Source of the DNA: Octopus bimaculoides
Lineage: Eukaryota
DNA length: 58,663 nt
Assembly (NCBI RefSeq): GCF_001194135.2
Contig: NC_069005.1
Coordinates: forward strand, 9,388,152 to 9,446,814
Direction of reading: 5' to 3'
The number at the start of each line of letters is the position of its first letter. Within the stretch, counting starts at the first letter, position 1. Of the stretch, positions 37,991-49,408 are shown piece after piece. Position numbers and translations under genes: made by a program. Under the pieces are notes generated by a model. The model saw only the letters and a program-made list of their open reading frames with translations. It was not told the origin of the DNA and ran no database searches.

Positions 37991-38837
37991 GTGCGCATAC
38001 ACCATAGAAACAGAATAACCAACCTTATAAGACTATTCGACTTTCGACGCCTCATCCATCATCCTTTGAAAATAAAATGTCGGTATCTACCCATTAAAGA
38101 CAAACAGTGTAGTGAGGCACCCATTAAAAATAAGCCATGCAATCAAATACCAATTAACAAGAAGCTATAGTTAGCTTGCTACTAATAAGAGATTTTAGTG
38201 TAGTTTACTAACTGCTAAACCATTAAATGTTATTAAGTGTTTTGGCTACAGATAATGAAGCGGTAAATAGTGGAGTGTCTCTTGCTGCTAACAATATTAG
38301 TGAGTGAATACAACATCAATCAGCTAACTGTGGGTACGAGCACAGATGACACATATCAGACCCTGGAGGGTGACATTATTGCCAATGTTGTAAACAAAAT
38401 TTGGCAGTGGAATCGTTAAAGATAGTGCCAGAGACCATTGTTGGATGCACAATAAAAGAGGAATTGCCTTGTGGACGATTTGACACTCTAGAGCGGAGCA
38501 GCTACTTTCACTTTCACTTCCATTGCTACCTCCACCACCGCCATCCTCGCCACTACTGTGTACATCCAAACATCACCAGCAACGGCGCCATTGTCTTTTG
38601 TCATCGAAACTACTATAAACAAAATCATCGTCGTCGTCATCAGCATCGTCATTGTTCTTGCTGTTGTTGTCATTGTAATCATCATGACCATCATCATAAT
38701 TATCATTCCCTTGAATGAAACAGATGAAAGGCAAGTTGAGGTAAGAGAACAACTACAACAAACTCATTCAGCTTGTGGCTATGATATGAACTGGATGTGT
38801 TTGTACATATATGTGTGTGTATGAATGTGTGTATGCA

Positions 38838-38887
<50 letters not shown>

Positions 38888-39366
38888 CACACACACACAC
38901 ATAGTTGAATGTATATATATGTATGCATATATGCACACATACATATGCATAAATATATATATATATATATGCATGCATATTATACACACAGACATACACA
39001 CAAATATATGTATTCATATTATTATACACACACACACACACAAACGCATATCATCATGATCATGATCATCATTGTCTAGTGTCCATTTTCCATGCTAGTA
39101 TGGGTTGGGCAGTTTCAGAGGAACCAGCGTGCTACAGAACTTATACATATATATATATATGTGTGTGTGTGTGGGTGGACGCAAATGTGCATGTGTGTGT
39201 GTATTCATATGCAAGCATATGAATATATATATATACCTGTATAGTCACACATAAATATATACATTTACATATCTATCTATCTATCTATCTATATATATAT
39301 ATATTATTACGGAGATGCACTTGTGTAGCAAGTGACCTGATCTGAGATCATATGCTGAAGCAAAAA

Positions 39367-39582
39367 CAATTGCAGCTTGGAAGGTGTTTATAAGCCATTT
39401 AAAAACACACAAAAAAACTGTTAGATTCACTTCAACATTTAAATTTAATTTGTCAAAATATTTTCGTCGCTTTGAGTCCATGACATGTTCACTGACAAAA
39501 TTAAATTTAAATGTTGAAGTGAATCTAACGTTTTTTTTTTGTGTTTTCAAACGGCTTATAAACACCTTCCATGTTGCAACTG
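39367..39582. repeat. Foldback inverted repeat, ~89-bp arms (39367-39455 / 39493-39582) with 37-nt spacer; likely inverted terminal repeat of a Penelope-like element
   Basis: Left arm CAATTGCAGCTTGGAAGGTGTTTATAAGCC...AATTTGTCA is near-complementary to right arm TGACAAAATT...CACCTTCCATGTTGCAACTG. The PLE assignment is inferred from the hammerhead-like spacer. Confidence 0.85.
39447..39502 (-). ncRNA. Minimal type I hammerhead-ribozyme-like motif with G3:C8 core variant
   Basis: Minus strand: stem I TTTGTCA, core GTGAACA+T, stem II GTCAT/GCGAC, GAAA, short stem III A-TA-T, UU, stem I TGACAAA. Confidence 0.55.
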
Positions 39583-39625
39583 TATATATATATATATCAT
39601 TTTCATCACCAGCATNNNNNNNNNN

Positions 39626-39680
<55 letters not shown>

Positions 39681-39974
39681 ATTACATACATATGCATCTC
39701 TGTATATATATATATATCATTTTCATCACCAGCATCATTTAGCATCCATTTTCCATACTGGCATTGGTAGGATGACTTGACAGAATGTGATGAGTTCCAG
39801 AACTGAATCATGCTTCAGCATCTTCTTTGGCATGAAATTCTCTTGTGTCAGCTTTTACATTTTAGGCCAAAGAAGCTGATACAGTTACTGCCTACCTAAG
39901 TTTGAAACTTAAAAGTAACTCACATATATAAACTCCTATATTCATTAAATGACATATATGTTCATATGTGCACG

Positions 39975-40015
<41 letters not shown>

Positions 40016-40278
40016 ATATGTGTATGTATGTCTGTGTGTGTAAGTGTGAATATATATATATATATATATGCATATGCAGAGATATACATTGTGTGTACGT
40101 GTGTATATAAAATATCTGGAGAGAGACAGAAAAGAGAAAGAGATAGATGAAGACATATTCTCAAGATGCAAATCAAAATATATTTTCGATGTGAATATCA
40201 ATTTCTGCAATTTAGACAGGAAACTACATTAAGAATGATGGCTATCACTGATGTATAACTGATTCATACATACATGCA

Positions 40279-40314
<36 letters not shown>

Positions 40315-40640
40315 TATGTATATATATATGTATATGTATGTATGTGTAGAAATTAGATTGAGAAAGGAATGGTGAAGCTGATTATGGAAATATACCTCAG
40401 ACCAATTCATTTATTTCCCAGCTCTTTGGGACACCTTCAGGTAATTTTGTCTTTTAATATTCTCAGATAGTGCAGGTATTAATGTGTGTTTAAGATGCAT
40501 TAATGTGTGTTTAAGATGTAGCCATGTGGGTTCATTCCCACTATCTTGGTCTATAGCCCTTGACTTACATTTCATTGGTAGAAACTGTTTGGAAGCCTAT
40601 TGTATTTGTGTGTGTCTGTATATATATATATATATATATT

Positions 40641-40800
40641 ACACTCTCTGAGTGGTTGGCGTTAGGAAGGGCATCCAGCTGTAGAAACTCTGCCAAATTA
40701 GATTGGAGCCTGGTGTTGCCATCCGGTTTCACCAGTCCTCAGTCAAATTGTCCAACCCATGCTAGCATGGAAAGCGGATGTTAAACGATGATGATGATGA
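40641..40800 (+). mobile_element. Family B 3' domain, tail-to-tail with the next copy
   Basis: Ends GTTAAACGATGATGATGATGA. Confidence 0.9.
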
Positions 40801-40824
40801 TATATATATATATATATATATATA

Positions 40825-41300
40825 TCATCATCATCGTTTAACGTCTACTTTCCATGCTGGCATGAGTTGGACGGTTTGACTAAGGACTGGCAAGCCAGGA
40901 GGGTTCACTAGGCTCCAATCCGAGCTGGCAAAGTTTCTACAGCTGGATGCCCTTCCTAACACCAATCACTCCAAGAGTGTAGTGGGTGCTTTAACATGCA
41001 ACTAGCAAGAAAGCCAGTCAAGTGGCACTGGCATCAACCTCGCTTGATTGGTGCTTTTTACATGCTGCCAGCACTGGCATCGACCATACTCAAATGGTGC
41101 TTTTTATGTGCCACCTGCACAGGTGTCGGTCAGACGGCACTGGCATTGGCTATAACTACGATTTCACTTGACTCAACAGGTCTTCTCAAGTACAGCATAT
41201 TACCCGATGATTGAAGGGTTACTTTTAAATAGGCCAGTTATGCAACACTAGTATTGGCCATTGCTTCAATCTCCCTTGGCTTGCTAGATCTTCAGTCAAA
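40825..41300 (-). mobile_element. Family B long copy
   Basis: 3' domain, internal modules, and a further 5' segment. Confidence 0.8.
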
Positions 41301-41349
41301 TGAATAATAACATACGATGGATAATTGTCAGCTCATTACAGCTGTTCAG

Positions 41350-41702
41350 CTGTAATGTTGTTTATGGAATGATTTTGAAGATTGTGGTTAATGGAATTAT
41401 GAAGACTGTGGTTAATATAGTTAATGGAGTGATTTTGAGACTGTGGAATAAGTGACAATCAGAACAGGCAATGTCTGGTGAGTGGGGCATTGTTTCCCAT
41501 TCAAATGGCTCCAGCCTTTGGAATGTCATCCTTGCTGCATGTGGCTGAGCATTTATCCTGATGGAAGAACACCTTTCGTCTTTGAAACCAAAGGTGCTCG
41601 CAGTAGATCTCCTTTGTTATCGTTTGGTTTGGATTTAAAAGTTCAAAGTGGACTAAACCTTTCATGTTCCACCAAACAGATAGCATCACCTTACATGGGA
41701 TG

Positions 41703-41705
<3 letters not shown>
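41350..41705 (-). mobile_element. Decayed mariner (DD34D-type) transposase fragment
   Basis: Translates KVMLSVWWNMKGLVHFELLNPNQTITKEIYCEHL...KVFFHQD, then after a frameshift NAQPHAARMTFQRLEPFEWETMPHSPDIACSDCHLFHSL. These are the mariner HQDNA and YSPDLAPSD motifs, with deletions. Confidence 0.9.
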
Positions 41706-41746
<41 letters not shown>

Positions 41747-41927
41747 CACACACACACATATAATACATATATATATAAATAGAGAGATAAACACACATAC
41801 ATATCACACACACACACACACACACACATCACATACACACACATATAACACACACACACACATATATATATATATTCGAGGAGGTACATATATATATGTT
41901 TGTGTGTGTGTGTGTGTGTGTGTGTGA

Positions 41928-42244
41928 AGGCGCATGTCTCAGCGGTTACAGCATCGAGTTTACGATCGTGAGGTTGTGAGTTCGAATCCCGTACTGGGCT
42001 GCGTTTTGTGTTCTTGAGCAAGACACTTTATTTCACGTTGCTCCAGTTCACTCAGCTGTAGAAATGAGTTGTGACGTCAGTGGTGTCAAGCTGTATCAGC
42101 CTTTGCCTTTCCCTTGGATAACATCAGTGGCATGGAGAGGGGAGGCCAGTATGCATGGGCGACTGCTGGTCTTCCATAAACAACTTTGCCCGGACTTGTG
42201 CCTGGGAGGGTAACTTTCTAAGTGCACTCCCATGGTCAGTCATG
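41928..42244 (+). mobile_element. Family C tRNA-derived CORE-type SINE, full length
   Basis: B box GAGTTCGAATCCC. The central TCTTGAGCAAGACACTTTATTTCACGTTGCTCCAGTTCACTCAGCTGTAGAAATGAG resembles the CORE domain, and CORE-SINEs are known from octopus. The exact family was not verified. Confidence 0.85.
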
Positions 42245-42269
42245 TATATATATGTGTGTGTGTGTATGT

Positions 42270-42433
42270 ATATATGCCATAGTTTCTTTCACTTCCCATT
42301 TACCAAATCCACTCACATGGCTTTGGTCAGCACAAGGCTTTATTAGAAGACATTTATGCAAGATGTCATGCATCGGAACTGAACCTGGAATCATGTGATT
42401 GCGTAGAAGGCTGCTTACCACACAGATTAACCT

Positions 42434-42436
<3 letters not shown>
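42270..42436 (-). mobile_element. Family A SINE 5' half, diverged
   Basis: AAATCCACTCAC...GGAACTGAACC...CTTACCACACAG. Confidence 0.75.
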
Positions 42437-42487
<51 letters not shown>

Positions 42488-42811
42488 CAAAGAAATTAAT
42501 TATAGAATTTTCTCTGTGTATCGAGCTCTATATGTGGTGTGTGTCTGAATGTGTCTGTCTGTGTGTGGTGGTGAGAGTGGCATGTATAAGACAGGTGCGG
42601 AGAGAGTGAGAGTTGCGATTGATATACATGATAAAACTTAACTGACTTCAACTGACCTCTTGCAGCTTGTAACTGATTTATAGTAATGCTAATGGGAAAT
42701 TTTGAATTGCTCTGTATAGGAAAATATATATACATATATATATTTTTATATGTTATTATATACACATATATACATATCTATTTTCCTCCTGTTATGGATA
42801 CATATTCTTGG

Positions 42812-42864
<53 letters not shown>

Positions 42865-43114
42865 CACTTTCTATGTCTTTTCAATATATCCATATACATA
42901 CACAGGTACATGTGTGTGCATGCACACACACATACACAGGTACAAATATACAAATTTGTATATATATATGTATGTATGTATGTATATATATGTATGTGTG
43001 TATTCATATAGGTGAATATGTACGCATATAGGTGTCTATGTATGCAGATAGGTGTATATGTATGCATATAGGTATGTATATGTATGCATATATGTATATT
43101 TGTAAGTATACATT

Positions 43115-43162
<48 letters not shown>

Positions 43163-44014
43163 TTCACCAGTATAGATTATTAAGTAATTCTTATTTTCCT
43201 ATAATCCTATAAAAAAAATGGTGTGTGTCTTCTTTTATAGCGCTAGATAGAATCTTTGAGTAGTTTTTGTCTCCAAAGGTTTAACATATGCAAGACATTT
43301 TCACATTTGTTAAATGTATATTTTCACCGTTTCTAAGACGTTCAGTCTGATGTACATATGCTGGCTGGCCGAGCGAGCGAGCTTTCTTTTGTGCTCTGAA
43401 GAACAACCACCAATACATACACATATATACAAGCATATATATATATATATATATATATATTTGTGTGTGTCTGCGTGTACATACAGATAACGATATAGAG
43501 AAGCATATATGCTCTTTATCTGTTAGGGCTTGTGTGTGCGTGTATGTTTACAGAATTTTAATAAATAACAGCCCCCTTTATATTTCCTTGTAATGTCATA
43601 AAAAAGTAGTTCTTCCTTCTTTTATGGCGTTAAAAACATCAATAGGTTCCATCTGTGAAGGGTTAACATATGCACGACATCTATTAAGTATGGCTTTTAA
43701 CCATAAGATGAATGGACTAACATAGCGGACTGCTGCCATTTTTCTGCTAGAATGAAGAGAAGATCAATCTCTTGAAGAATACGTACATACATACACACAG
43801 ACACAGAAACACTCACATACATAGTTGCATGCATGCATACATACATACATACATGCTTAGATACATATATAGTTTTCACCGCTTGTTGAGTTTTACACTT
43901 ATATAAGTGCATACGTGCACACATATATACATCCACCACCATCATTATAACCGCCATCATCATCATTAACATCATCATCTTTGTCATCATCCTCATCATC
44001 ATCATCTTTTATTT

Positions 44015-44192
44015 TGGATGTGTGGTTAAGAAGCTGGCTTTGCAGCCACATAGTTTTTGGTTCGGTCCCATTCTGTGGCACCTTGAGCAAGAGTCCCATT
44101 CTGTGGCACCTTGCACTATTACCCCTGAGCTGACCAATGCCTTTTTGAGTGAATTTGGTGAATGGAAACTGCACAAAACCCTGTCGTATAAA
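44015..44192 (+). mobile_element. Family A SINE 5' half, host of the mariner insertion
   Basis: Head plus a duplicated GTCCCATTCTGTGGCACCTTG; ends at the TA target. Confidence 0.7.
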
Positions 44193-44194
44193 TA

Positions 44195-44471
44195 CAAGGG
44201 GGTGCTGAAAAGTTCCTGGCTTTGGGTAAAAGAAAATAAAGGAGGATCAGTTTCTCTTTTACTCTTTTACTTGTTTCATTCATTTGACTGCAGCCATGCT
44301 GGAGCACCGCCTTTAGTCGAGAAAATCGACCCCAGGACTTATTCTTTGTAAGCCTAGTACTTATTCTATCGGTCTCTTTTTGCCGAACCTCTGAGTTACG
44401 GGGATGTAAACACACCAGTATCGGTTGTTAATTATGATTTTATTCAACATGTCCCCCTCTGAGGTTCACAC
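44195..44471. mobile_element. Non-autonomous mariner-type element interrupted by a 5'-truncated family A SINE (44253-44429), runs into a gap
   Basis: TA-CAAGGGGGTGCTGAAAAGTTCCTGGCTT terminus; GGATCAGTT resumes as AATTATGATTTTATTCAACAT after the SINE. Confidence 0.75.
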
Positions 44472-45110
44472 NNNNNNNNNNNNNNNNNNNNNNNNNNNNN
44501 NNNNNNNNNNNNNNNNNNNNNNNNNNNNNNNNNNNNNNNNNNNNNNNNNNNNNNNNNNNNNNNNNNNNNNNNNNNNNNNNNNNNNNNNNNNNNNNNNNNN
44601 NNNNNNNNNNNNNNNNNNNNNNNNNNNNNNNNNNNNNNNNNNNNNNNNNNNNNNNNNNNNNNNNNNNNNNNNNNNNNNNNNNNNNNNNNNNNNNNNNNNN
44701 NNNNNNNNNNNNNNNNNNNNNNNNNNNNNNNNNNNNNNNNNNNNNNNNNNNNNNNNNNNNNNNNNNNNNNNNNNNNNNNNNNNNNNNNNNNNNNNNNNNN
44801 NNNNNNNNNNNNNNNNNNNNNNNNNNNNNNNNNNNNNNNNNNNNNNNNNNNNNNNNNNNNNNNNNNNNNNNNNNNNNNNNNNNNNNNNNNNNNNNNNNNN
44901 NNNNNNNNNNNNNNNNNNNNNNNNNNNNNNNNNNNNNNNNNNNNNNNNNNNNNNNNNNNNNNNNNNNNNNNNNNNNNNNNNNNNNNNNNNNNNNNNNNNN
45001 NNNNNNNNNNNNNNNNNNNNNNNNNNNNNNNNNNNNNNNNNNNNNNNNNNNNNNNNNNNNNNNNNNNNNNNNNNNNNNNNNNNNNNNNNNNNNNNNNNNN
45101 NNNNNNNNNA

Positions 45111-45438
45111 ACGGAACAGCTTGCTCGTGAAATTAACGTGCAAGTGGCTGAGCACTCCACAGACACGTGTACCCTTAACGTAGTTCTCGTAGATATTCAG
45201 CGTGACACAGTGTGACAAGGCTGACCCTTTGAATTACAGGCACAACAGAAACAGGAAGTAAGAGTGAGAGAATGTTGTGGTGAAAGAGTACAGCAGGGTT
45301 CGCCACCATCCCCTGCTGGAGCCTCGTGGAGCTTTAGGTGTTTTCGCTCAATAAACACTCACAACGCCCGGTCTGGGAATCGAAACCGCGATCCTACAAC
45401 CGCGAGTCTGCTGCCCTAACCACTGGGCCATTGCGCCT
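45111..45438 (-). mobile_element. Family D tRNA-derived SINE, 3' end in a gap
   Basis: Minus strand AGGCGCAATGGCCCAGTGGTTAGG (A box) and GGTTTCGATTCCC (B box); highly similar to 16810-17050. Confidence 0.9.
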
Positions 45439-45722
45439 TTACTATATGTGTGTGTATAGAGAGAGAGAGAGGGAGAGAGAGGCAGTAGAAAGAACCTGTT
45501 GCTGGTTGGGGAGCAAAAGAGAGGAGTTAAGCTGAAAGCCAGGAGCTGATGAACAATGACTTGGTCATCTCTAGTGCCCCATAAATGGTGGGGTGTTACA
45601 GTTCTGGGTTGAAACCCCCGATGATCATGGCATACTGTCTGATGACATTCATTCCTTCTGGCCAAAGCCCCATTCACTTTGCTGAGTGGCAAAAAGCACC
45701 TTTTTTTTTAGGTGTTATCAAT

Positions 45723-45804
<82 letters not shown>

Positions 45805-45817
45805 CTTTCTCTCTCTT

Positions 45818-45859
<42 letters not shown>

Positions 45860-45866
<7 letters not shown>

Positions 45867-46190
45867 ATCTATCTACTTGTTTCAGTCCTTAGACTGCTGC
45901 CATGCTGGGGCACCCCCTTGAGGAATTTATTTTTTTAAGTTTGTTACTTATTCTACCAACGCCAGTTGTTAAGTGGTAGTAGGGGACAGACACAGACCCC
46001 AAAGACACACACATACACACATACATATACGATGGGCTTGTTTTAGTTTCCGTCTTCCAAATCCACTCACAACGCTCTGGTTGACTCAAGGCTTAAGTAG
46101 AAGATACCTGCCTAAGATGCCATGCAGTGGGACTGAACTTGGAACCATGTGGTTGTGAAGCAATGTTTTACAACATAGCCATGCCTCTAC
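45860..46190 (-). mobile_element. Family A SINE
   Basis: Head, middle and tail are recognisable, with a 3' internal deletion. Confidence 0.8.
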
Positions 46191-46225
46191 CCTGATATAC
46201 ATTTATACACAGACACACACATGCA

Positions 46226-46380
46226 TCTGGATATAGGTGTGACTCTGTGGTAAGAGTTTACTTCCCGACCACATGGTGTCAGGTTCAATCCTCTCTCTGT
46301 ATGTCATCTTGATCAAGTGCCTTTTATTATCGCCCTGGGCTGAGACCAAAGCTTTGTGAATGGACTCAGTAGACAGAAAC
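46226..46380 (+). mobile_element. Family A SINE 5' half, head-to-head with the 45860 copy
   Basis: TGTGTGGTAAGAG...GGTTCAATCC...ACAGAAAC. Confidence 0.7.
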
Positions 46381-46919
46381 AATTTTTTTTCCTTACAAAC
46401 TGATGATTTTCTTTTTCCATTTTCCAGCCATAGTCTTGCTCTGATGCCGCAAGAGTTGAAACAAACAGCAAATTTTTTTTTTTTTAAACAAAGAACTGAC
46501 TAAATTCAACTCCGTTTTCTATGACATTGAGTTCTTTTTCAATCAGGAATTTTTTATACAATAACAATCATCATCATCATCATCATCATCATCATTATTA
46601 TTATTATTATTATTATCATTATTATTATTCTTTTGGTTTTTGTAATCTTGTAAAAGTAGTTCTGTTTTCTTTCATAGGAAGTTGAAACGTAGGCGTTGGC
46701 TTCCTTTAGTCTCCAAAGAATTAACTTACAAAAGAAGTATTTACTTTCTAATTTCTATTGTGAACTTGTTTAGTTGTCCTGAGTAAACAAACATACACAC
46801 ACACACACACACATCCCTTTTCATGTGAAGATATTTGACAGTCCCCACTCTTTCATCCTGACAACCTTTCATATTTGTGTTTGTATTTGTATGTATATGT
46901 GCTTATGTGTGTGTGCATG

Positions 46920-46956
<37 letters not shown>

Positions 46957-47311
46957 CTTAGTATTTCTATATATGTGGTGTATATCGCGATTCCATTCTG
47001 CATTTTTAAAAATATTTTCAGGTGATGGTCCTTGAGATAGTTGTGATGCTGTTGTTGGTCTTTAACCACATGTTGATCCTGATCAGGCTAATCTATGTTC
47101 AGTGACATTCCAACCGTGACCATCCCGTCTTTTTTCTTTTATGTACTAAGGGATGGAATTAGTTATTAGCTGATGATTCTGATTTTATTTTTGGCAAACA
47201 GGAAACTCTTGTTTCTAAGAACCTAGTGCAGATCTGACGAACAAAACCAAAATCAGGTACCAAGACATTCTACTCACGACCACCCTACCTGTTTTTCTTT
47301 CTGCAAGTAGC

Positions 47312-47360
47312 GTTAAACCGTTAGCATTTAATTTGGCCATATCCAGACCAAATATTCTAG
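47312..47360. mobile_element. Terminal fragment of the same piggyBac-type MITE, reverse orientation
   Basis: TTAAACCGTTAGCATTTAATTTGGCCATATCCAGACCAAATATTCTA resembles the reverse complement of the MITE right end. Confidence 0.45.
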
Positions 47361-47659
47361 GAGTTTTCATAAGTGTGGGAATGAAATTTGCTTAGGGGTT
47401 AGAAGCCCAAGTCCAAACCTAAAGGTTCAAAGGGATTTCTTTACCCTCACCACCACCACCACCACCACCACCACCACCACCACCACCACCACCTAAACAA
47501 AAATATTTTGGGGGTATCTTTTTGCCCCCTGACTCCTCTGTGTTTCTGAGCCTGTACGTCTATGTTAAAACTGACAACATCCAATCTCTCACACCTACCC
47601 TACAATGTCATTCAAACGATATATACAAACACATGCTGGTGATATGTGCCTGGCCTGTA

Positions 47660-47833
47660 AAAACCACCCAACATGCTCTGTATAGGGGTCGGCATGAGGA
47701 AAGGCATCCAGACGTAGAAACCAGGCTATAACAGACATCTGGATAGCACCCCATCTGGCCAACTCCTGTCAAGGCACCCAACCCATGCCAGCATAGAAAT
47801 CAGACGTTAAACGATGATGATGATAATGATGAC
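47660..47833 (+). mobile_element. Family B copy, old
   Basis: AACCCATGCCAGCATAGAAATCAGACGTTAAACGATGATGATG. Confidence 0.7.
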
Positions 47834-47935
47834 ATCATTGAATTCTTGAAGCTACAAAAAAATGGGTGATTAATTGAAAGCGATGTGAATAAAGAGGCAT
47901 TTGACAAAGAAATCTGAATGCCTGAGGATTAAAGA

Positions 47936-49277
47936 AGGGGCTGGCTAGCAAAGCTGTTAGTGACCACACTAAAAGCTTGGGGCATTTCTTTTGACACTTT
48001 ACATTTTGAATTCAAATGCTGATGCGACCATCTCTGCCTTTCATCCTTTTGGGATTGAAACACTGGGGTCAATGTAATCGACTACTCCCCTCCCCCAAAA
48101 TCCAAGCTTTGTACCTACAGTAGAAAGGATTATTATTATTCGAGCTGGCAGAGTTGTTATCAGGCTGGAGGAAATGCTTAACGGTATTTTGTCTGTCGCT
48201 CCGATCTGAGTTCAAATTCAGCCATGGTCACCTTTGCCTCTCATCCTTTCAGGGTCGATAAATCAGGTACCAGTCGAAAACTGGGGTCGATGTAATCGAC
48301 TTATCCCCTCCTCCCCAAATGGCTACCCATGGGGAAAAATTTGAAACTATTATTATTATTAATATTATTTTGTGAATGCAATCTGATTTATCTTCAGGTT
48401 TGGTGACAACAGCTCTCCTCAAATCTCAAAAATCTTTCTGAGGATTCTTGCAGAATGTAGAATGGCACTTTTCTACAGGAATAATCATTGTCTTGGGCTT
48501 CTACATTAATTCAAAGCAACGTAAACAAACAAGTAATACATTTGACAAAGAAATCTGAATGGCTGAGGCCTAAGCAAGTTTCTCGCTGGCACTGTCGCTG
48601 GCACTGTCGTTAGCACATTGGATGGAATGCTTAGTGGTATTTCGTCCAACTCGTTACATTCTGAATTCAAACGTCGTTGAGGTTGACATTGACTTCCATT
48701 CTTTCAAGCTCTGTAAAATAAAGAATGGTTAAGCATTAGGGCCCCTATAGTTAACCAGCCCCTCCTCTCAAAATTGCGGGCATTGCACCAAAACTTCGAA
48801 AGAGTCATTGGTACAAAAGAACCTCTTGTTGTTTAACCCAAGGGCAGCTCTGATAGGGTAAATCAAACCTAGATTCGAAGACATTCCATGCACGACCATC
48901 TTGTCTTGTTTCTTTTCTTTCTTTGTCGCTGTTCAGAGTTCTTCCTTTATTATTATCATTATTATTATCATCAAGGGAGTGAATTGGTAGAATCATCGGT
49001 ATGGCAAGCGAAATGCTGATAAGCATTTCACCCAGCATGCTGATGGTTACTTTCTGAGTTCAAATTCTGCCGAGGTCGGCTTTGACTTTCATCCCTTCAG
49101 AGTCAATAAAATAAGTACCAGTTACGCAGTAGGGGTGATGTAATCGACTAGCTTCCTTCCCCCAGAATCCCAAGCCTTGGTACGATAAATTAAGTACCAG
49201 TTGCATACTGGGGTCGATCTAATCAACTGGCTCCCTTCCCCCAAAATTTCGGACCTTGTGCATAGAATAGAAAAAAA

Positions 49278-49321
<44 letters not shown>

Positions 49322-49408
49322 TATTATTATTATTGTTATTGAAGGCTGCAAACTAACAGAATCATTATCTCGCTGGAGGAAATACTTAGCGGTATTTTGC
49401 CCGTAGCT
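47936..49408 (+). mobile_element. Cluster of five co-oriented family E SINEs (~47936, 48141, 48580, 48972, 49341)
   Basis: Repeated head (CTGGCAGA...GAAATGCTT) and B-box-like T(G/C)AGTTCAAAT. The four complete copies carry a GGGGTCGATGTAATCGAC-like segment (very diverged in the third); the fifth is cut by a gap. Most are separated by (ATT)n tails. Confidence 0.8.

Larger units (their letters stand above)
37050..38220. repeat. Ancient 30-bp satellite interrupted by two SINEs
   Basis: ACCCATTAAAA-like motif at 37104, 37318, 37348, 37759, 37789, 38089, 38119, 38149, with 30-bp spacing between neighbours. Confidence 0.6.

Noticed and set aside
38324-38570. Complex-looking ORFs on both strands
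   Set aside because: No recognisable domain, no convincing splice-site pair, and they merge into a trinucleotide array.
39581-39735. 35-bp direct repeat on both sides of a 10-N gap
   Set aside because: Most likely overlapping contig ends, i.e. an assembly artefact.
45370-45438. tRNA-like sequence with A and B boxes (also 41928-42000)
   Set aside because: It continues into a SINE body, has no proper acceptor stem or terminator, and is multicopy, so it is a SINE head rather than a tRNA gene.
47202-47256. AG...GT-bounded 55-nt segment
   Set aside because: Stop codons in all three frames.
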